DNA of 64,000 bases, taken from positions 311,209 through 375,208 of the forward strand of contig OZ252251.1 of the NCBI GenBank assembly GCA_965249725.1, written 5' to 3'. Source of the DNA: Longimicrobiales bacterium. GTDB lineage: Bacteria; Gemmatimonadota; Gemmatimonadetes; Longimicrobiales; Gaopeijiaceae. Position numbers and translations under genes: made by a program. Position 1 is the first letter of the stretch. Each line of letters begins with the position of its first letter. This document shows positions 10,522 to 18,974 of the stretch, one piece after another. The notes beneath the pieces are model-generated. The model was not told where the DNA came from. It saw only the letters and a program-made list of their open reading frames with translations, and did not search any database.

Positions 10522-11244
10522 ATGCTGGAGGTTCCCTTGGTCGGTGTGACGCGTGTCTACAGTGCCCTGATGCAGATCCCCGGGGTCGATGCACCCAATC
10601 TGACGCTGCAAGAGCAGTTGTCGACGAATTGGGATGGAATGGGCTTCATGCGCTGGCCATTGGCTTTATGCGTCGTTCTCGGAGCCATCGTCATTACATG
10701 GAAGTTCTTCGACCTGCTCGTGAAGTCCGCTCGCACGAAGAAGGTGCTCAGCGAGGTCGACGAGCTCCTGAGCCAGCATCGAATCGATGAGGCGCTCGAG
10801 GCCACGCGGAATTCCGATGCCCCCGCGGCCAAAATCCTCTATGCTGGTCTCGATCGGCACGAGGAAGGCACGGAGCGTGTCATGAAGGCCATCGAGAACC
10901 AGGGCTTGATCGAGCTGAGCAGGCTCGAGAAGGGACTCGTGATTTTGGCGACGCTGACCAACGTGGCGCCGCTTCTCGGCTTCCTCGGCACGGTGATCGG
11001 AATGATCATCGCCTTCCAATCCATCGAGGCGGCCGGTGAGGTCGAGGCGACGCTGGTGGCTGGAGGAATCAAGGTGGCGCTGCTCACCACGGCGGCCGGA
11101 CTCGTCATCGCCATTCCGGTGAGCATCTCGCACAACTTCTTCGTGTCGCGGATCGACAGCTTGGTCATCGACATGGAAGAGTCGGCTCAGAAGATGATCG
11201 ACGCGCTCCACGCGATGGAGACGGATCGAACCGCCAGCAGCTAA
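10522..11244 (+). CDS. MotA/TolQ/ExbB proton-channel family protein
   Basis: Conserved C-terminal channel region LATLTNVAPLLGFLGTVIGMIIAFQSI, three hydrophobic spans. Start uncertain (ATG 10471, 10522 or 10570 are all in frame). Confidence 0.8.
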   Translation: MLEVPLVGVTRVYSALMQIPGVDAPNLTLQEQLSTNWDGMGFMRWPLALCVVLGAIVITWKFFDLLVKSARTKKVLSEVDELLSQHRIDEALEATRNSDAPAAKILYAGLDRHEEGTERVMKAIENQGLIELSRLEKGLVILATLTNVAPLLGFLGTVIGMIIAFQSIEAAGEVEATLVAGGIKVALLTTAAGLVIAIPVSISHNFFVSRIDSLVIDMEESAQKMIDALHAMETDRTASS

Positions 11245-11270
11245 GTCTGGCACCGACTCGATGAGCACCG

Positions 11271-11307
11271 AGAGGGGCCACCCGTCAGGGTGGCCCCTCT
11301 TCTTTTC
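11271..11307 (+). terminator. Rho-independent terminator after the ExbB-like gene
   Basis: Perfect 13-bp stem AGAGGGGCCACCC / GGGTGGCCCCTCT with loop GTCA, followed by TCTTTTC. Confidence 0.7.
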
Positions 11308-11317
11308 GCCCGTGTCC

Positions 11318-11395
11318 GACGGTGGTGCACGACGGTGGTGCACGATGGTGGTGCACGACGGTGGTGCACGATGGTGGTGCACGACGGTGGTGCAC
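11318..11395. repeat. Six tandem copies of a 13-bp unit GA(C/T)GGTGGTGCAC
   Basis: Exact head-to-tail copies; the only variable base follows the order C,C,T,C,T,C. Each unit contains the palindrome GTGCAC. Intergenic, between the terminator and the slt start. Confidence 0.9.
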
Positions 11396-11447
11396 AGCGG
11401 TCGTGGCGCGCGAACTTCTGAGACACCACACTAGTATCTAGAACCTG

Positions 11448-13844
11448 TTGGCTTCCTCAGTACTATTCGGTGGGATTCGCAGCACAGTGAGATCCGGCGG
11501 CACACTCCTTCTTCTGACCCTTCTTTCGGGGGCCGCTCCCGGTCCTCGGGTCGAGACCGCTCCGACTGCCCCGAATCTGACTGGTACCCTCTCCCCCTCC
11601 TCCCCATTCCGCTCCGATGCCCTTCTGGATTCGGCCCGAGCGGAGTTCGACGCCGGCCGGTATTGGCACGCCAGCCGTCTCCTGAGGTCGAGGCCCGAGG
11701 ACGCAGAAAGGGAAGTCGCCGAGGTCCTTCTGCTGGCTCGTGCCGACGCCGGATGGAAGAACTGGTCGGGTGTCGTGGAGAGTCTCGAGGGGGTGGAGTG
11801 GCTGGATGCGCTGGAGGGTGCCGAAGGCCGCCGGCTCCTGGCCCGCGGGCTGGAGGCCGAGGAGCGCTGGGATGCCGCCGCCGATCATTTCGCTCTGTTC
11901 CGTAGGACGGATCCTAGCGGGAGCGTCGTAGCGCCCGAGGCTTCACGAGAGGCTCGCTCTGCGGCCAGGGCAGGCCGATGGGAGTCGGTCCCTGAGGCGT
12001 TGGAGATGGCCGGTGGGGAGTCCCCCGAGCTGGTGGCTTGGACGGCCCTCGACGTCGCCGAGTGGTCGGCGGCGGACGCGGACGTACAGCGGGTGCTCCA
12101 GCTGCTTCCGTGGATCCGGCGTGACTCGGCCGCCGCCGAGGCGGCGTGGGACATCGAGCCTCGGGTTCTCCTCGCATCAGGGGATTCCACCCGGGCCCTC
12201 GAGGCCTATGCGCGGAGCCTGGAAACCGAGACGCACCCCTCACGTCGTGGACGGGCCTTCTCGAGGGTAGGGCAGTTGAGGCTCGCCCAGGGCGACTCTG
12301 CGAGTGCGAAGCAGGCGTTTCTTGCCTCGCTCGCGGCCTATCCCCGGGGGCGGAGCGGTGCACGGTCCGCCAGCGCGGTGATCGACATGAACGGGTTGGA
12401 CACCGATCTCTCGCTCTTGGCGGCGCAGGCCCTGGACAGGGCGGGTGATAACAGACGCTCGCTCGATGCCTACGAACGGTACGTGGAGCTGCGCCCCGAC
12501 TCACTAGAAGCTGATCCCGCGGTGCAGCTGGTCATGGCCCGTCTCCTTTCGGCGACCGGGCAGTATGAAGCCGCGGTCCGGGATTTCAGGATACTCGTCG
12601 AAACCGACGATCCCGACTTCGAGCTCAGAGTGCTCGATCAATGGCTCCGCACACGGAGGCGGCAGGGCAGACGCGATGCCGCCCGCACGATCCAGGGCTG
12701 GATCATCGAGCGCTTTCCCGAGAGCCGGCAGGCCGTCGACATCGTGTTTTCCTGGGCTGCTGCCGCTCACGATCGGGGCGCGCATACCGAGGCCTTCGCG
12801 GGCTACGAGAGGGCGATGACCATGGCGCCGTCCCTCAGCTCGGCCGGGCACGCGAGGATGCGACTGGGGCAGATGCACCTCCTGCAGGACGACGTCGAGG
12901 CCGCAGCCGGTGTGTTCGAGGGGTACCTCGAGGACTTCCCGAATGGCCAGCGGTGGGAGGAGGCCGCCTATTGGGCGGCCTCGAGCCTGGAGTCGCTCGG
13001 TCGGGATCCCGAGGCCGAGGACTATTTGCGGATGATCCAGCGAGGGAGTCCGATTTCCTACTACGGGACCCTCGTTTCGGAACACCTCGCCGAGCCCTAC
13101 GCCCCTTCGGTTCCCGACGGGCCTGTCTCCGACCCACCCGGGTGGCTGCGCGCCGGTTTGGCGACTCTGGATCTCCTCGCCGCTGCCGGCTTGGACGCCG
13201 GCGCGGAGAATCAGGTCGAGCAGCTCGTCTCGAGGTCGGACGGCTCTGTGCCGGAGAGCCTGGATCTGGCCGACAACCTGATCGAGCGGGGATTCACGAT
13301 CGACGGGATCAACGTGGGCTGGAAGCTGCTCCGCGAGGGGAGTCCATACAGCCGCAGACTCCTGCGTGTGCTGTATCCCTTCCCGTACCGGGACATCGTG
13401 ACTCGGGAGGCCGAGGAGGCCGGCATCGAGCCCTTCTTTCTCGCCTCGCTGATTCGGCAGGAATCGGCGTTCGCGCCGGCGATCCGGTCACCGGCCGGTG
13501 CCATCGGTCTCATGCAGGTGATGCCGGAGACCGGGCGGGAGCTGGCGAGGGGGCAGGGCATTCGGGGATTCACGCCCGAGAGCCTCGAGACGGCGGAGAT
13601 CAATCTCCACCTTGGCACCACCTTCTGGGTGGATATGGAGCGTCGCTACGGGGACGGCAATCTGCCGTTGGCCCTCTCGGCCTACAACGCTGGACCGACG
13701 CGGGCGCGACGGTGGCGGCGCTTCCCGGAGGCCGAGGATCCCCTACGCTTCACCGAGCGGATTCCCTTCGATGAGACACGTGGCTATGTGAAGAACATCA
13801 CGCGCAACATCCACGTGTACCGCTTCCTCTACGGGCAAGACTGA
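11448..13844 (+). CDS. slt: Soluble lytic murein transglycosylase (Slt70-like: superhelical/TPR-like N-domain + SLT domain)
   Basis: C-terminal SLT motifs LIRQESAFAPAIRSPAGAIGLMQVMPETG and ALSAYNAGPTRARRW. Hydrophobic N-terminal signal. TTG start, uncertain. Confidence 0.85.
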   Translation: MASSVLFGGIRSTVRSGGTLLLLTLLSGAAPGPRVETAPTAPNLTGTLSPSSPFRSDALLDSARAEFDAGRYWHASRLLRSRPEDAEREVAEVLLLARADAGWKNWSGVVESLEGVEWLDALEGAEGRRLLARGLEAEERWDAAADHFALFRRTDPSGSVVAPEASREARSAARAGRWESVPEALEMAGGESPELVAWTALDVAEWSAADADVQRVLQLLPWIRRDSAAAEAAWDIEPRVLLASGDSTRALEAYARSLETETHPSRRGRAFSRVGQLRLAQGDSASAKQAFLASLAAYPRGRSGARSASAVIDMNGLDTDLSLLAAQALDRAGDNRRSLDAYERYVELRPDSLEADPAVQLVMARLLSATGQYEAAVRDFRILVETDDPDFELRVLDQWLRTRRRQGRRDAARTIQGWIIERFPESRQAVDIVFSWAAAAHDRGAHTEAFAGYERAMTMAPSLSSAGHARMRLGQMHLLQDDVEAAAGVFEGYLEDFPNGQRWEEAAYWAASSLESLGRDPEAEDYLRMIQRGSPISYYGTLVSEHLAEPYAPSVPDGPVSDPPGWLRAGLATLDLLAAAGLDAGAENQVEQLVSRSDGSVPESLDLADNLIERGFTIDGINVGWKLLREGSPYSRRLLRVLYPFPYRDIVTREAEEAGIEPFFLASLIRQESAFAPAIRSPAGAIGLMQVMPETGRELARGQGIRGFTPESLETAEINLHLGTTFWVDMERRYGDGNLPLALSAYNAGPTRARRWRRFPEAEDPLRFTERIPFDETRGYVKNITRNIHVYRFLYGQD

Positions 13845-14001
13845 GCGTTTACACGGTCCGTCGGGGGCCTTCTTGACGATGGGCCCGCCTGCCCCCTAAC
13901 CTAGAAGTGCGGGTCGGGAGACCCGGTCGCCGCCCTCGGCTGGACCGCGAGCTCGGGGCGCCGAGTAGCTAGCGTTTCATGCTGCAAAAGGAGTGGTCGG
14001 A

Positions 14002-14202
14002 ATGTCCAAAGGGACCGTCAAGTGGTTCAACGATTCAAAGGGGTACGGCTTCATCTCTCAGCAGGAGGGTGAAGACGTCTTCGTCCACTTCTCCTCTATC
14101 GTAGGGGACGGCTTTCGCACCCTTGCGGAAGGCGAGGAAGTCGAGTTCGAGCTGGCCACGACCGAGAAGGGGTGCCAAGCCGCGAAGGTCATCCGGGCAT
14201 AG
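14002..14202 (+). CDS. cspA: Cold-shock protein (CspA family)
   Basis: 66 aa. RNP motifs [15 protein letters not shown] and [18 protein letters not shown] 8 nt upstream of ATG 14002. Confidence 0.95.
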   Translation: MSKGTVKWFNDSKGYGFISQQEGEDVFVHFSSIVGDGFRTLAEGEEVEFELATTEKGCQAAKVIRA

Positions 14203-14226
14203 ACGCACTCCCCATCCCAAAGCAAG

Positions 14227-14270
14227 ACGCCCCGCGGACCGCAACGGTCCGCGGGGCGTTCTGTTTCCTG
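14227..14270 (+). terminator. Rho-independent terminator after cspA
   Basis: 15-bp perfect stem ACGCCCCGCGGACCG / CGGTCCGCGGGGCGT with loop CAA, followed by TTCTGTTTCCTGTT. Confidence 0.7.
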
Positions 14271-14276
14271 TTCGAG

Positions 14277-14355
14277 CGCCGGCGGACGAACGCCGGTGGA
14301 CCAACGCCGGCGGACGAACGTCGGTGTCGGTTGCCTGACGCCGGTGTCAGTTGCC
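14277..14355. repeat. Short direct repeats between convergent cspA and the DUF4097 gene
   Basis: CGCCGGCGGACGAACG at 14277-14292 and 14305-14320 (28-bp period). CGGTGTC(G/A)GTTGCC at 14322-14335 and 14342-14355 (20-bp period). The last copy contains the stop codon of the minus-strand gene. Confidence 0.8.
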
Positions 14356-15306
14356 CTGTCGAAGCGAGATCGAACCGTCTCCCGTTCGTAGATCGATCAT
14401 CGGCCCACCTCCGTTCAGCGTACCCTGGACCGAATGCTCCCGGATGCGGCCCATGAGCTGAAGACCCTGCTCGACGCTGAGATCTTCGCCGTCCATGTGT
14501 ACGTCTGCGGCGATGTCTGCAGGCGCTGTCAGAACGATGTCTCCGTCGCCCGTCGACACCGAGATCTCGTTCGCATCAAGCAGGTTGATGCGGATGTCCC
14601 CGTCGCCCGAGGCCACGTCTAGCGGGGCTCGGACAGAACGGAGGATCACATCGCCGTCCGACGTCCGTATTTCGGCCCGTTGGCTCTCGAGCCGATCGAC
14701 GATGATGTCTCCGTCCGAGGTATGGATGTCGAGATCCCCGTTCTCGGCGGCGTCCACGGCGATGTCACCATCGGAACTCCTCAGGACGGTGTTGCCGGAG
14801 AGGCTGGTGGCCTGGATGTCTCCGTCGTCCGTCTGGACGCGTACATCCGTGCCCTCGGGGATGGCTACGACGACGGTGACCGAGAAGCTGCGATGCTCCC
14901 GCCACTCGCTGTTGCTGATGTCATGGTCGTCGGCTTCGACGTAGACCGTGTTGTTCCGCTCGGTCACGCCGAAGTCCATGTCCTCGAAGACCTCGAGAGC
15001 CCACTCCATGTCCGAGGCGTCTACATAGGCACGCACGTCGACAGTGGAGCCCGAAACGGATTCCAGGACGATGTCCGCGTCGGCCAGGTCCACGTCCAGT
15101 CCACCGTCTCGGACGTCGAACTGACGTGTGAAGACTTCCTCGCCGTATGAAGAGTATGCGGCCCTCTGCACGTCGGCCTTCTCTGCGACCCGGGCTTCAC
15201 CGGGGCTTTGGTGAGCCGATAGGCGCGCCTGGATCCTCGCGCCCGCAATGCCCAAGAGAGCTACACTGGCGATACCGGCGATCAGGAGTCTTGGTCGTGT
15301 ATTCAT
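14347..15306 (-). CDS. DUF4097-type repeat protein (LiaG-like putative adhesin), N-terminal membrane anchor
   Basis: Repeated SDGDI/TGDGDI/SGDGDI beta-strand repeats; N-terminal hydrophobic LLIAGIASVALLGIAGA. Confidence 0.7.
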   Translation of the reverse strand: MNTRPRLLIAGIASVALLGIAGARIQARLSAHQSPGEARVAEKADVQRAAYSSYGEEVFTRQFDVRDGGLDVDLADADIVLESVSGSTVDVRAYVDASDMEWALEVFEDMDFGVTERNNTVYVEADDHDISNSEWREHRSFSVTVVVAIPEGTDVRVQTDDGDIQATSLSGNTVLRSSDGDIAVDAAENGDLDIHTSDGDIIVDRLESQRAEIRTSDGDVILRSVRAPLDVASGDGDIRINLLDANEISVSTGDGDIVLTAPADIAADVHMDGEDLSVEQGLQLMGRIREHSVQGTLNGGGPMIDLRTGDGSISLRQGN

Positions 15307-15473
15307 CGTCTTCCCCGCGTCGAGATGGAGCTTCCTTCTGCTCCGTGTTGGACGGCGTCCGAGGCAGGAGGGTTGGAATCACGAGAAGACCGGGTAGGCT
15401 GCTGGCCGGCCCTGTGTACCGGGTCTAGATTCCTCGGCCTATGACACCCCCGCGGCCACCGCTCTCCTAGCAT

Positions 15474-18350
15474 ATGGACGTCCCTCCCAAGGAGGCTCCA
15501 CGCCTCTTCCTGATCGATGCCTATGCCCTGATCTATCGGGCGTTCTTCGCATTCATCAACCGGCCCCTGACCAACTCGAAGGGCGAGAACACCTCTGCCC
15601 CGTTCGGATTCGCGAACTTCCTCATCGAGATCCGCGACAAGTACCAACCCGACTACCTCGCGGTGGTCTTCGACGCGGGCAATAGCCACAGGGAGAAGGT
15701 CTTCCCGGCCTACAAAGCGACCCGGGAGAAGATGCCCGACGAGCTGCGGGCGAGCCTTCCGAGGGTTCGTGAGCTCGTGGCTGGCTTCAACGATGCCCTG
15801 GTGGAGCTGGACGGATACGAGGCGGACGACGTGATCGGCACGTTGGCGGTGAAGGCGCGTGAGGCGGGCCTTGAGGCGGTGATCGTGTCGGGGGACAAGG
15901 ATCTGTACCAACTCGTGGGGCCCGGCATCCACCTCTTGAACCCTGGACGAGGAGGTCCGCATGGGGTCGCGGCCGAGTGGGTGGATGAGAGCAACGCTCA
16001 CGAAAAATTCGGGATTCCGGCGTCCAAGGTCATCGACTACCTGGCGCTGATCGGTGATTCCTCCGACAACATTCCCGGAGCCAAGGGAGTGGGACCCAAG
16101 ACGGCGCTCAAGCTCTTGGAAGAGTTCGGGAGCGTCGACGCCATTCTGGATCGGGCCGAGGAGATATCGGGGAAGCGGGCGAGGGAGTCCCTCACCGAAA
16201 ATGCGGACGAGGTGCGTCTCTCCAAAGAGCTCGTCACTATCATGACCGACCTCGACGTGGATCTGGATCTCGATGCGCTGGAGGTCCACGAGCCGGACAA
16301 GGAGAGGCTGCACCGGTTCTTCGTGGAGATGGAGTTCCGCCGTCTGATGGAGCGATTCGCGCCGAAGGGAGCGCCTGATGCGGCTCTCAGCCCGGTGCCG
16401 TCTCCACCGCAGGACGCAGCCACCGAGGTCATGCCCGATCCCGGTAGCGAAGGCGGGGCCATTGAGGGGGAGGGCGGCTCCACTGGAGGTGTACCGGCCC
16501 CGCCTGCGGTGGTGAGTTGCACACTGATCACCGACGTAGATCAGGTGGCTGATCTACTGGGACGCATCAGGGAGGCGGGCCGTGTGGCCTTGGCCGTCCA
16601 TACCGCGTTTCCCGACCCACATCGAGCCGGCCTGGTGGGCCTGGCGTTGGCCGTCGAGCCCGGGGAGTGCTTCTACCTGTCATTCGATCATGTGCCTCAG
16701 GGCGAGCCGACGCTGGCCTTCGAGTCCGTCGGCATCAGCAATCTCCCCGCTATGGATACGCCCGAACTTCGGCCGCTCGTGGGGCTGCTCGAGGATGCAT
16801 CGATCGAAAAGGTGGGCGCTGACCTGAAGGCCTGCGCGGTGGCCCTCGATCGATTCGGCGTTGCGTTGGCGGGGATCGATTTCGATGTGACCATCGCGTC
16901 CTACGTTCTCGATCCCGGTCGTCGGGCTCACGACTTGGGCGCTCTATGCCAGGATTTCCTCGGGTTTTCGCTGTCGCCCTACAACGACATCGTGGGCACC
17001 GGGAAAAAGCGGGTCAGCTTCGCCGAGGTAGATCAGGAGATCGCCCTCGACTACGCAGGCCGGCAGATCGACGCGGCGCTACGCCTGGCCGAGCGCTTTC
17101 TGGTCGACCTCGAGGATCAGGCCCTCGGGGCTCTCTTTCACGATCTGGAGATGCCGCTCATTCCGGTACTGGCCGGGATGGAGCGCGAGGGCATCCGTAT
17201 CGACGCCGGGTTCTTTCAGGCCATGGGCGAGCGGCTCGATCGGGACCTGACCCTGATCCGAGAGGAGATCCACAAGGTGGCAGGGGAGGAGTTCAACCTG
17301 AACTCGACGCCTCAGCTACGTGAGATCCTGTTCGAGAAGCAGGTTCTTCCGGTCATCAAGCGGACCAAGACCGGTCCTTCCACCGATTCGTCGGTTCTCG
17401 AAGAGCTCGCAGCCGAGGGCCATGAGATTCCGCGGCTGATGATGGAGTACCGTGAGCTCGAGAAGCTCCGCTCGACCTATGTCGACGCGTTGCCGCAGCT
17501 GGTGATTCCACGAACGGGCAGGATTCACACCCGCTTCAATCAGACGGTGGCGGCCACGGGTCGCCTCTCCTCGAGCGAGCCCAACCTGCAGAACATCCCG
17601 ATCCGCACCGATCTGGGGCGTGAGATCAGGAAGGGGTTCATCCCTGCCGAGGGATACGTTTTCTACGGTGCGGACTACTCCCAGGTCGAACTCCGGATCC
17701 TCGCGCATTTCTCGGGTGACGAGCCCCTCGTAAGGGCCTTCCGGGACGGCATCGACGTCCACAAGCAGACGGCGTCGGTCATTTTCGATGTGCCGCTCGA
17801 CGAGGTGACCTCCGATCAGCGGAGCCAGGCCAAGACGATCAACTTCGCCACGTTGTATGGACAAGGCGCCTTCTCGCTCGCCCGGCAACTGGGTATCGAT
17901 CGCGAAGAGGCCAAGGTGTTCATCGAGCAGTACTTCGAGCGATTCAGCGGTGTTCGTGCCTATCTGGACGAGCAGGTCGCGAGTGCACACGAGAAGGGCT
18001 TCGTAGAGACGCTCATGGGCCGGCGACGCTACGTACCGGAACTGAAAGCCAAGAACTGGAACGTGCGACAGTTCGGGGAGCGGGTCGCGCAGAACACACC
18101 TATCCAGGGCACGGCGGCCGACATGATCAAGAAGGCGATGATCGATGTGGACCACGTGCTGGCCGAGGCGGGCACCGGCGCACGTATGCTCCTGCAGGTA
18201 CACGACGAACTGTTGCTCGAGGTGCCCGTTGGGGAAGAGGATGCCCTCGCAGAGTTGGTGGTCGACCGGATGGAGGGGGCCATGGAGCTGAGCGTCCCCT
18301 TGGTTGCCGAAGGTGGCGTGGCGACGTCCTGGTACGACACCAAGGGGTAG
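15474..18350 (+). CDS. polA: DNA polymerase I
   Basis: 958 aa. 5'-nuclease N-terminus, 3'-5' exo region, polymerase motifs DYSQVELRILAH and QVHDELLLEV. Confidence 0.97.
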   Translation: MDVPPKEAPRLFLIDAYALIYRAFFAFINRPLTNSKGENTSAPFGFANFLIEIRDKYQPDYLAVVFDAGNSHREKVFPAYKATREKMPDELRASLPRVRELVAGFNDALVELDGYEADDVIGTLAVKAREAGLEAVIVSGDKDLYQLVGPGIHLLNPGRGGPHGVAAEWVDESNAHEKFGIPASKVIDYLALIGDSSDNIPGAKGVGPKTALKLLEEFGSVDAILDRAEEISGKRARESLTENADEVRLSKELVTIMTDLDVDLDLDALEVHEPDKERLHRFFVEMEFRRLMERFAPKGAPDAALSPVPSPPQDAATEVMPDPGSEGGAIEGEGGSTGGVPAPPAVVSCTLITDVDQVADLLGRIREAGRVALAVHTAFPDPHRAGLVGLALAVEPGECFYLSFDHVPQGEPTLAFESVGISNLPAMDTPELRPLVGLLEDASIEKVGADLKACAVALDRFGVALAGIDFDVTIASYVLDPGRRAHDLGALCQDFLGFSLSPYNDIVGTGKKRVSFAEVDQEIALDYAGRQIDAALRLAERFLVDLEDQALGALFHDLEMPLIPVLAGMEREGIRIDAGFFQAMGERLDRDLTLIREEIHKVAGEEFNLNSTPQLREILFEKQVLPVIKRTKTGPSTDSSVLEELAAEGHEIPRLMMEYRELEKLRSTYVDALPQLVIPRTGRIHTRFNQTVAATGRLSSSEPNLQNIPIRTDLGREIRKGFIPAEGYVFYGADYSQVELRILAHFSGDEPLVRAFRDGIDVHKQTASVIFDVPLDEVTSDQRSQAKTINFATLYGQGAFSLARQLGIDREEAKVFIEQYFERFSGVRAYLDEQVASAHEKGFVETLMGRRRYVPELKAKNWNVRQFGERVAQNTPIQGTAADMIKKAMIDVDHVLAEAGTGARMLLQVHDELLLEVPVGEEDALAELVVDRMEGAMELSVPLVAEGGVATSWYDTKG

Positions 18351-18527
18351 TCGCCAACTCTCGGCCTTGCGGGAGCCTCTCGGCGGGGTGAGGCCTCAGA
18401 GTCCCGTCCGGCCATCCCACGGCCCGGACAGCCCCATCAACTTTCCGTTCCACTCCAGGCCGACCGAAGGGAACGGAATCTCACGGCCCCTTCCTCTGTG
18501 GCCGGAACCACACATGGGAGGAGCAGC

Positions 18528-18878
18528 ATGAGCCGCACCGTCAACAAGATCACGCTCGTCGGAAACGTAGGGCGGGACCCGGACGTTCGTGAAACCAAGA
18601 ACGGCACCAAGGTCGCCCACCTGTCTTTGGCGACCAACCGTCCCCCATTCGGAGACGAAGCTGAAGAGCGCACGGACTGGCACCGTCTCACGTTCTGGGC
18701 CCGCCTCGCGCAGTTCACGGAGGACAACGTCAGAAAGGGCGACCGGATCTACGTGGAAGGGCGTCTGGAGTACGACACCTACGAGCGGGATGGGGTCAGC
18801 ATCCCGACCGCCGACGTGAACGTTCGAGAGCTCGTGCTGCTCTCGCCGAAGGACCTCGTGGTGGAGGCGGCTGCCTAG
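18528..18878 (+). CDS. ssb: Single-stranded DNA-binding protein, OB fold only (no C-terminal tail)
   Basis: GGGAGGAG RBS before ATG 18528. NKITLVGNVGRDPDVRETKNGTKVAHLSLATN. 116 aa, ending LVVEAAA with no Gly/Pro linker or acidic tip. Confidence 0.85.
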   Translation: MSRTVNKITLVGNVGRDPDVRETKNGTKVAHLSLATNRPPFGDEAEERTDWHRLTFWARLAQFTEDNVRKGDRIYVEGRLEYDTYERDGVSIPTADVNVRELVLLSPKDLVVEAAA

Positions 18879-18910
18879 CGAGCCGCCCTGGAAGCTGCCT
18901 TGGGATCTGC

Positions 18911-18945
18911 CTCCGGGGTGGGTGGGGGTGACCCCCGCCCCGGAG
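18911..18945. terminator. GC-rich hairpin between convergent ssb and the outer-membrane protein gene (possible bidirectional terminator)
   Basis: CTCCGGGG...GGGGG tga CCCCC..CCCCGGAG: 8-bp outer stem plus 5-bp inner stem. No clear T tract. Confidence 0.35.
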
Positions 18946-18974
18946 TGCCCGCCGCGCGCCCTCCTCCTAGGCCC

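Noticed and set aside
10522-11244. The ExbB-like gene as part of a Zorya-type (ZorA/ZorB) defence system or a flagellar stator
   Set aside because: The protein is of ordinary ExbB/TolQ size with no long C-terminal tail. No ZorB/MotB-like or other Zorya genes are adjacent, and there are no flagellar genes in the window.
10666-11429. Minus-strand ORFs (10666-11382, 11241-11429) translating the 13-bp repeat into HHRRAPPSCTTIV-type repeats
   Set aside because: A 13-bp period cycles through all three frames. The ORFs run antisense through the ExbB gene and its terminator, so the repeat is non-coding DNA.
15303-16313. 336-aa minus-strand ORF overlapping the 5' part of polA
   Set aside because: It lies entirely antisense to a confidently identified polA. 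Its Arg/Leu/Gly-rich composition is typical of GC-driven shadow ORFs, and it has no motif.
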